Positions 216,701 through 225,700 of a stretch of 248,000 nt of DNA are shown in pieces; position 1 is the first letter of the stretch, and every line of letters starts with the position of its first letter. Made by a program: the position numbers and the translations under genes. Under the pieces are notes generated by a model that saw only the letters and a program-made list of their open reading frames with translations, had not been told where the DNA came from and made no database searches. Source of the stretch: Hyalangium minutum (GTDB lineage: Bacteria > Myxococcota > Myxococcia > Myxococcales > Myxococcaceae); the NCBI RefSeq assembly GCF_000737315.1, contig NZ_JMCB01000003.1:20001-268000 (forward strand), written 5' to 3'.

Positions 216701-219700
216701 GGGAAGCGGCCGTGTCGGTGACGCTGGCGGATCGTCTGCCGCCCTCGGTGGTGCAGGGCACTGCGATGGAGCTGGTGGGCCCCGCGGGAGCCATCTCCGG
216801 CACGCGCACGGTGCAGGGCTCGGCGGTGCTGTTCCGGCCCTCGGCGGTGCTCACTCCCGGGGAGCGGGTGCAGGCGCGCGTCACGCTGGGCGCCACGCCC
216901 TATGTGGGCGGCACGGTCCTCGGGCCGTGGACGTGGTCCATCCTCCCGAGCGCGGAGGCTCCCTCCCTTCGAGTGGATGCGCTGGTGCCGGACCATGGAG
217001 ACGTGTCGGGTGGCTACCCGGTGGTGCTGGCGGGCGCGGGCTTCGACGCGCAGACGCAGGTGTGGTTCGGCACGCGTGCGGCCACGGTGGTGCCGCCGGT
217101 GTCCACGGACGCGATCCATGTGCTGGCGCCGGCCTCTCCGGTGCCGGGCCCGGTCCGCGTCCGCGTGAGCCCGGGGGTGGCGGGGACGCCGGTGGATGTG
217201 CCCGGAGGCTTCGTCTACCTGGCGCCGCTGGCGATCTCGCGGGTGACACCTCCCCGGGTGGACCTGGGCGGAGGCGCGGTGACAGTGGAGGGCACGGGCT
217301 TCAACCGGAGCCTCACCGCGCGGCTGGGCGGGCTCGTGGCGCCGGTGAGTGACTTCACGCCCACGAGCTTCAAGCTGAGCGTTCCGGCCGGTCCTTCCGG
217401 GTGGCTCGCGCTCGAGGTGGCGCAGGCGGGCACGCCTCCGGTGACGCTGGCTCAGGCCGTGCTGCGCGCCGACGGCGTCGCGCCCACCGTCACCGCGTGG
217501 GAGCCGCTGGACACGGTGGGCACTGGGCAGGTGCCGCTCAACTCCATCTTCACGGTGCGCTTCAACGAGCCCATTGATCCCGCCACAGCCACCCACGTGC
217601 GGCTCGTGCGCCAGGGCGGCACGGTGCCAGAGTCCGGGACCCACACCGTCGCGCCGGATGGGCTGAGCGTTACGTTCACACCGGCGGCGGCGCTGCCCTC
217701 CACCACGGCGTTCACGCTCTCGGCGGCGGGGGTGGCGGATCTGTTCGGCAACGCGATCGCGAACACTGCCGCGGCCCGGAAGGACTTCCGCTCTCGCGAC
217801 GTGGTTCCGCCCAACGTATACGTGCGGTTGGAGAGCAGCACCGAGCCCCTCGCGCCAGGGACTCTGCTCGCGGCGGAGGTGTCCTGGAGCTTCCGGGTGG
217901 TGGCCTCGGATGACAGCGGCCAGGTGAGCCTCCGCCAGCTCTGGGTGGACGGAGCGGCCGTGAGCGTGGATTGGGACGGGAAGGCCACCTACCGCTGGCC
218001 CGCGATCATGAGCTCGAGGCCCTCGACGCTGAAGGTGCGCGCCGAGGACAGCGCGGGAAACGGTACCGAGTCCGAGGTGACGGTGCAGGTGGTGGAGGAC
218101 ATGCCGCCCACGGTGGCGATCACCCAGCCCTCCACGCCAGTGGTGCAGGTGGAGCAGGGCGTGTCGCTCACCGTGGCGCTGGCCGCGAGCGACAACCATG
218201 GTGTCTCGGCGGTGGAGCTGCGGCTGGACGGGGTGCCGATCAAGCGCGCGAGCAGCCTGACGGGCACGAACGCCACGCTCTCCCATGTGCTGTACCTGCC
218301 CACGCAGGGCACCTACCAGCTCACGGCGCTCGCGATGGATGATCGGGGCCAGCTCACCAGCTCCGAGAGCGTGAGCGTGCAGGTGCTCCCGGACACGACG
218401 CCGCCGCAGTTGGCGTGGGTGTTGCCCATGGCAGGGACCAAGCTCATCGGCGGCGGGCGCTACCCGTTGCAGGTGTCCGCCACGGACCTGAACGGAGTGG
218501 CCGAGGTGTCGTTCCGCATCGATGGCCAGCTCGTGGCGACGCGGACGGCCCCGCCCTGGTCGATGGACTGGGACGCGCCAGCGGTGACGTCCGCGGGGAC
218601 CCGCCTGCTCGAGGCTCGCGCGCGAGATGCGCAGGGCAACGAGGCCGGAGCCAGCCAGACGGTGACGGTGGCGCCGCCCTCGACTTCACGGCCCACGATC
218701 GTGCTCGATGGGTTTTCTACTTCTTACGGCTACCCCGAAGGGACGGCGGTCACGGTCCGAGCGCGTGTGACGTCGGAGATCCCGCTCCAGAGCGTGCGCC
218801 TGTCGCTGGGAGCGGAGACGGTGACGCTCACCCAACCGCCCTGGCAGCTCACGTTCGTGGCACCGCGAGTTCCGCCGCCCTCGCAACTGGTGAGGCTCCG
218901 CGGCACCGCGGTGGATCTCCTGGGGCGCGAGAGCTTCCCTGTGGAGTACGACGTCACCGTCCAGGACGACGGGCGGCAGCCCGTGCTCGCGCTGGACATG
219001 AACCCGCAGGGCCCTTCGCTGCTGGGCGGTTCCACGCTCCAGGTGGGGGGCCTGGATGGCGGCGTCCTGACAGGCACGGTGGTCCGCGTGAGCGAGGTGC
219101 TCCAGCCCGCCGAGACGGACGGGGGCTACACCCTGCCCTTCGAGCCAGAGGCGGCGCCTGTGCGCGTGTCCGCGCGAATGGATGCGTGGGACGGCGGCAT
219201 GGTGACGCTGGAGCGGCAGGGCACGCTGACGGCCTTTGCCAACGGTGCCACGGTCTCGGTCGCGGCCGCGGACGAGCCCGTGCTGGATCTGGCCACCTCC
219301 GGGCCATGGGAGTGGGTGGCCCGCGATCAGAGCGGTGGGCACACGCGCCTCGAGCTCCGGGATGCGGCCACTCAGGCCCTCACGGCCGAGCGCTCGCTGG
219401 ACGGGACCGCGGTGGCCGTGGCCTTTGAGCGGGGCCGGGCCGTGGTGGCGCTGCGCACCGGAGGGCGCGGCCGGGTCGACATGATGTCCGTGCCTGCCCT
219501 GGAGACGGTCGGCTCGTTCTCCGTGCGCAGAATCCCCCGCGCACTGGAGACCACTTCCTTCGGTCTGGCGATCGGGACGGACGAGGGCCTCGAGCTGTGG
219601 AGCAGCGGGGGCATGCTCGCCTCGCGACTGCCCCTCGGGGACGTGCTCGGGGTGTCCGCCGAGGGTGATCGCCTCGCGGTGCTGACGAACAGCACCTTGT

Positions 219701-222700
219701 ATGAAGTGGATGCGAGCGTGCCGCATGCTCCGGCGCTCGTGGCCTCCGTGCCTGTGGCAGGAGCCACAGGGGTGGTGGCGCTCGCGGATGCCCGCAGGTG
219801 CGTGGTGGGAGCCACGGCGCGGTGCTTCCGCGTGGAGGGAACCGCCTTGACGCTCCAGGGTGAAGCGCGGCTGCCGGACACGGCGATCGCCGCCGACGGT
219901 CCGGGGCCGTGGCTCCTGGCGGGCACGGCCAGCGGTCTGTCCGTGGTGGATGCGCGGGGAGCTCCCTCGATGGCGGGGTACTACCCGGCACTGGCGGGGC
220001 GGGTGGCTGCAGGGGACGGCCGCATCGTCGCGGCGGCGCCGGGCCGCAGCTCCCTCCTGAAGCTGCGGCGGAGCGTGGGAGCGCCCACGGTTCACCTGGA
220101 GCTTCCTCCCTCGGCGGCTCCTGGCGCGCGGGTGCCCGTGGTGGCCAGCGTGGAGGGGCTCTCGGACCCTCGGGATGGCTACACGGCGGAGCTGCGTGTG
220201 CGCGGCACGGCTGTCCAGGTGCTCAAGGGGCGGCTGCCGCAGTCCGTGGATCTGCCGCGTGACGGCACGGCGGCGCAGGTGGCCCTGCGGGTGGTGGATC
220301 TCGCGGGCCATGAGGCGCTCGCGCAAGGAACCGTGGCGCTCGTGGATGATGGGGCGGGCCCGGCGCTGGCGGCGCTGCAGGCGCGGGCGGAGGTGCCCTC
220401 GGGCGCCTTCTTCTCGCTGGCGGCGGTCCCGGCGGATCCCGCGCGGGTGGCCTCTGTCGAGTACTCCGTGGACAGCACGGTGCTGGGACGCGCGGATGCT
220501 CCGGCGCTGGCTTGGCGGCTGCGGGCTCCCACGGTGTCCACGGACACGGCCTTCACGGTGAGCGCGGTGGCATTGGACGCGCAGGGCCGCCGGGGCGCGC
220601 CGGTGCAGGCCTCGGTCTGGGTGCGGGCAGGAACGGGGGCGGCACTGCCCACGGTGTCCCTGGCGCGCGTGGGCACCGGGTCGATCCAGGAAGGCACGGA
220701 GGTGAGGGTCCGGGCCACGCTCACGCCGTCGGTCCCCGTGGCCGAGGTGCGCTTCAAGATGGACGGAGAGGAGCAGCAACGCCTGATGCTTCCCCCGTAT
220801 GAGGCGGTGCTGCGGATGCCGGTGGGAACGGGCTCGCGCGGCGTCACAGTGGAGGCGGTGGCGGTGGATGACCAGGGCCGCGAGTCGGCCGCCGCGCTCC
220901 TACCGCTCACGGTGGTGGATGACCTGACGCCTCCGGTGGTGGCCCTCGAGGTGGATCCCTCGGGAGAGGTGCTGACAGCTGGGAGCCGTGTGCGAGCCAC
221001 CGCGATCGCGTCCGATGGAGGAGCGCTCGAGTCCTGGTCCGTCCGGGCGCTGTTGGCGAACGTGGAACTGGCCAGCGGAGGTGGCCGGCTGGACTTCACC
221101 GTGCCCGCGAGCACTCCGGCCGGGACCTTGGTGGAGATCGTCGCCACGGCGCGGGATGTGGCGGGCAACGTGGCGACGAGCCGGGTGACGAAGACGGTGC
221201 TGGCCCCCGTCCTGCCCGACGGCGGCGTCGTGGTTGCCGGGGACTTCGTGGGAGCGGACCGCCTGACCCTGCGCGGGGACTTCGTCTATGCGACGACCCC
221301 GAGAGGACTGGCCGTGGGGCGGGTGCGGTGGGGAGAGACGCCCACGATCGAGCCGGTGAGCTTCCTCGCCACGGACGTCGCGCCTTCCTCGTTGGCGGTC
221401 CAGGGCCCGTGGGCGGTGCTGGTGCTGCCAGGGAGAGGGCTGTCGATCGTCAACATCGCGGATCCGGCGCAGCCCCGGGTGCGCGGCACGCTCGCGGGCA
221501 CCTTCACCAAGGCCCTGGCAGGGGATGGGCTCTATGTGCAGGGGAACTCCCTTTTCGAACTCGATCTGGAGGTGCCCTCCACTCCCGTGCTGAGGAACAT
221601 GGCGGTATCGGCAACGGCGGTGGACGGCACGGCCGACGGGGTCGTCTTCAACTCCTACTCCTACCTCATGGTCCGCGCGCGGCTGACCAGCGGCCTCAGT
221701 GGCTACCTGTCGCTCCTGTGGCCCGTGGGAGTGCCTCAGACGGCTCGCTGGAACGATGGGAAGCTGCTGGTCGGGACGGATCGCTCTCTCGCCGTGCTCG
221801 TCCGCAGTGGGGACAGCCTCGGCGTGGCCCAGGAGGTACCGCTGCCCGCGGGGGTTCGCGCCATGGCCGTGGCGGATGGCCGGGTCTGGCTCGCCTGCAC
221901 GGACGGCAAGCTGAGATGGGTGGACGTCCGCAACCCCACGGCTGCCCAGGTCATCGCCCAGGAGGCGCTCCCGGCCCGTGCGCTCGAGGTCTCCGGAGGG
222001 TTGATGCTCGCCACGACGGCGCAGGGGATCTTCGTGCGCCGGCTTCCGAACCTGGGCGCGGCGGGCAGTGCTCTGAGTACCCCGGTGGGAGGTCTGACCC
222101 TGGATGACGCGCCTCGGGCGGTGACGTCGTTCCGGCGGGGCGTATTGGTGGCGGCAGGGCTCGCCGGCGTGCAGCGGATCGTCCTGGACGATCCTTCCCA
222201 CCCCAGCCGCGTCTCCCAGTCCGTGGCGGGGTTGGCCCTGAAGCAAGTCGAGCGCACGGGCGAGCAGGTCTTCACCCTGAATGGCACGACGCTCTCGATC
222301 CACGTGGAGCAGTGGGATGGAAGCCTGGTGAGGGATGGCGGTGCCTCGGATCGGCTGGCGGCGCTCGGCAGCGTGGAGCGCTTCGCCGTCTCGCCGAGGA
222401 GGCTGTGGGCGGTGTCGGGAGGCACGGTGTCCTCGATGGGGCTGCCCTCGGTGGATCAGAAGGTGTCCCTGCTGCTGGGCTCCGCCACGCTGGACGTGGC
222501 GGGAGACGAGACGCGTGCCGTGGTGGCCCTGGGCCGCGCGGGCGCGGCGGTGGTGCTGGTAGATGGCGCGGGGACGCTGAGGCTGGGCGCGATGATTCCG
222601 GAGGTCCACACGGACGCGGTGGCGGTGGACGGCGACCTCGCGCTGCTGGGAGGCCCCTCGGGCTTGGCGGTGGTGGATCTCAGCGCTGCGAGCGGGCCCG

Positions 222701-225700
222701 TGCGCCGGGCCTCGCTGCCCACGGCGGGAGCGGTGCGCCGTGTGAGGCTGGAGGGGCGGCTGGCCCTGGTGAGCGAGGGCTCGGCGGGAGTCGAGCTGTG
222801 GAATGTCTCCCAGCCCGCCGCGCCGGTGCTCCTGGGCAAGCTGTCCACGCCGCGCGCCGAGGACGCGGTGGTGGCCGCGGGGCACATCGTCGTCGCGGAC
222901 AGTGTGGCGGGCGTAAAGGTCTTCTCCCTCCCCGCGGCTGGGGTGAACCCGGTGGTTCGGGTGGTGCCGGACGCGTCCAGCGTGGAGGCGGGGTCCTGGC
223001 TGGAGGTCTCGGCGCGGGTGTCGGGCGTGCAGGTGGATACGGCCGAGCTGCTCGTGGAGGGGCAGGTGCTCAGCCGGATGGACGAGCGGGCGGCGGTGGG
223101 CCGCTACCTCGTGCCAAAGCAAGCGGTGGTCGGCCGAGAGCTGGCGGTGCAGGTCCGGGCGCGCACCGCCTCCGGAGCCGAGACACTGTCGGCTCCGGTC
223201 TTCGTGAGGGTGTCAGCGCCCACGAACCTGCCGGAGATCGTCCTCTACCCGAACTCGCCCAACTCCGGCTGGTCGTACTACTCCGCGAGCAGCATCTCCG
223301 TGTCCGCGGTCTACGGGGGGGCCCTGGCCCCCGTCTCGGCGCGGGTCCGCTGGGCGGGACAGGACCTGGGAGCGCTGACGGTCATGGACACCTCCATCCA
223401 TGGGGAGCTGCGCATGCCGGTGGTGGGAGCGGACACGACGGGGACGCTGGAGTTCGTGCTCGTCGATGCGGCGGGGCGGATCAAGACGGCCTCCGTCCCG
223501 TCCATCAGGGTGCTGGCTCCCCAGGATCCGCTCCCCCAATCCGTCTACGGGCTGCCCTCCCGCCTGTACTCGGCGCCCTATGACAACGCCTTCACGGCTC
223601 AGGCCTACTGCTACACTTGGTGCAACGTGCGCGTGGAGCGCAATGGCGTCACCATCGCGAGCACCCTGAGTACCTCCCCGTACACCGGGTGGCGAAGCCT
223701 GCCAGTCTCGCTGGTGCTTCCGGGAGAGACCACTGGAACGCAGCAGACGCTGACGATCGTGGCCGAGGACTCGGCAGGCCGTCAGGTCCGGCAGGAGCAG
223801 CGCTACACCGTGCTCCGGGATGATCTGGTCCCGTCGGTGTCCCTCTACGCGCCGTACTCCGCTTCCGAGGGCGCGACTGTCTCCGTCTCCGCCTACGCCT
223901 CGTTCCCACCGGGGCATCAGATCCGGTCGCTGCGGTTGTTGGCCAATGGGGTCGAGATCGCCTCCGTGGTGGGCCCCACGCTATCGGGCGTGCCCTATAC
224001 GTTCCCCAGTGTCAGCGTCACCTCGACCGTCCGCTTCGAGGCGATTGCCACCGATCACCTGGGGCGCGAGGGACGCGCGGAGCAACTCGCCCAGGTTCTT
224101 CCAGACGCGCCGCCCAGCGCATCTATGTATGCGTCCCCAACGCCTGTGCAGGGCTACCCGATCTACGCGTGCATCAATGCCGCGGATGACGTGAGGCTCA
224201 CGGCCGTGACCTTCAAGGCGGGAGAGGAGACGTTGTGGAGCTGCACGAGCGGCTGCTCGGCCTACTTCTCCACGTCCTTCTCCAAGTGCGTCCAGAGCGC
224301 GTCTCGCTACACAGGGAGCGAGATCGTCCTGAGCGCGGAGCTCACCGACAGCGTCGGCCATACTGTCACGGAGACGCGGCCCTACGCGGTGGCGCAGAAC
224401 CAGCCGCCGACGGTGACGCTAACGTCCAAGAGCTATCTGGTGGCCGGACAGGGGGGGACCCCTGTGTACGCGAGTGCCTATGATGAGGCCCACATGCAGT
224501 CGCTCAAGGTGCGGGTGGGCGACACCCTGATCGCGCAGAGCACCTCCTCCTACTATGCCCAGAGTGGTCTCTCCTGGAGCGGTTCCTACACGCCCAGCTC
224601 TCCGGAGTCGTTCGTTCTCGAGGCGGTGGCGGAGGATGGGGCGGGCCTACAGACCGTCCTGCGCAAGCAGGTGCCTGTCTTGCCCGCGGGGTCGGGGCAG
224701 AGCTGTGAGAAGCCCGTCCCGATCGGCATGGACCTCACGCTGAGGCCGCCTCAGGTGCAGCTGCAGAGCACGTTCTACTCGCGGTGTGGGACCTTCTATA
224801 CGGGCTCGTGGCACACCCTGCCGTTCGACGGGCCCGTCGAGGAGATCTCCTTGAGGGCCTATTCCGACTCTTGGTACTGGCCAACCCTCATCGTGAAGGA
224901 CGGCTGTGACGCCTCGGCGGCGCAGTTCTGTCCATATTCCTCGTCGTCTTCCGATGTCTCCACGCGCGCCACCTCGCTCTCCTCCCAGGCGCGTGTCTTC
225001 CTCTCTCAGGTCACAGGGGACGTTTATGTCTCCTTCGCCCGGCTGGGCATGGGCGCCCGGTGCATCCCGGGCTCTACCTCCGTGGTCTGCTCCAACAGCG
225101 TCTGCCGTGAGCAGAGCAGTGGTGAGTACCGATGCGCTCCCGAGGCCTGCAGGGATGGCCTGGACAATGACGGCGATGGGCGCGTGGACTTCCCAGCGGA
225201 GCCGGGCTGCACGTCCGCGACGGACGACGACGAGACAGACCCCGTGCCGCTCCCCACCTGCGCCAACGGGGTGGACGAGGATGAGGATGGGGCCATGGAC
225301 TGGCCGGCGGAGACGGACTGCCCCTCTGCCTCCAGCAACGGGGAGCACCCGACCTCCTGCCAGGTGACGCCGCTGACCCTGCTGGGCTCCCGCATGCGGA
225401 TCGACTTCTCTCAGGCCTCGAATCTGGACGATCTGGTGTGCAGCACCTCCGGCTCGGGGCCAGACCAGGTCGTGAGGGTGGAGGTGCCAGGCCAGGCCTC
225501 GCTCTCTGGATCGCTGATGGAGCCGTACGGGTACCCAAAGACGCTGGCGCTCCGAAAGAGCTGCACGGACGGAGGAGCGTTCCTCGCCTGTGCTCCGGCG
225601 GAGTGGCAATCGGTTTGGGATGATGGACGTTGGGTATCTCAGTCTGTGGCCATGACGAGCGCGGAGGTGGGGCCCGGCTCCTACCTGTTCGTGGCGGACT

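Noticed and set aside
209302-218286. 2,994-aa minus-strand ORF (and similar ones at 202375-207060 and 229622-235093)
   Set aside because: Antisense shadows of the giant + strand genes, typical of high-GC codon bias; R/H/P/G-rich with no domain motifs.
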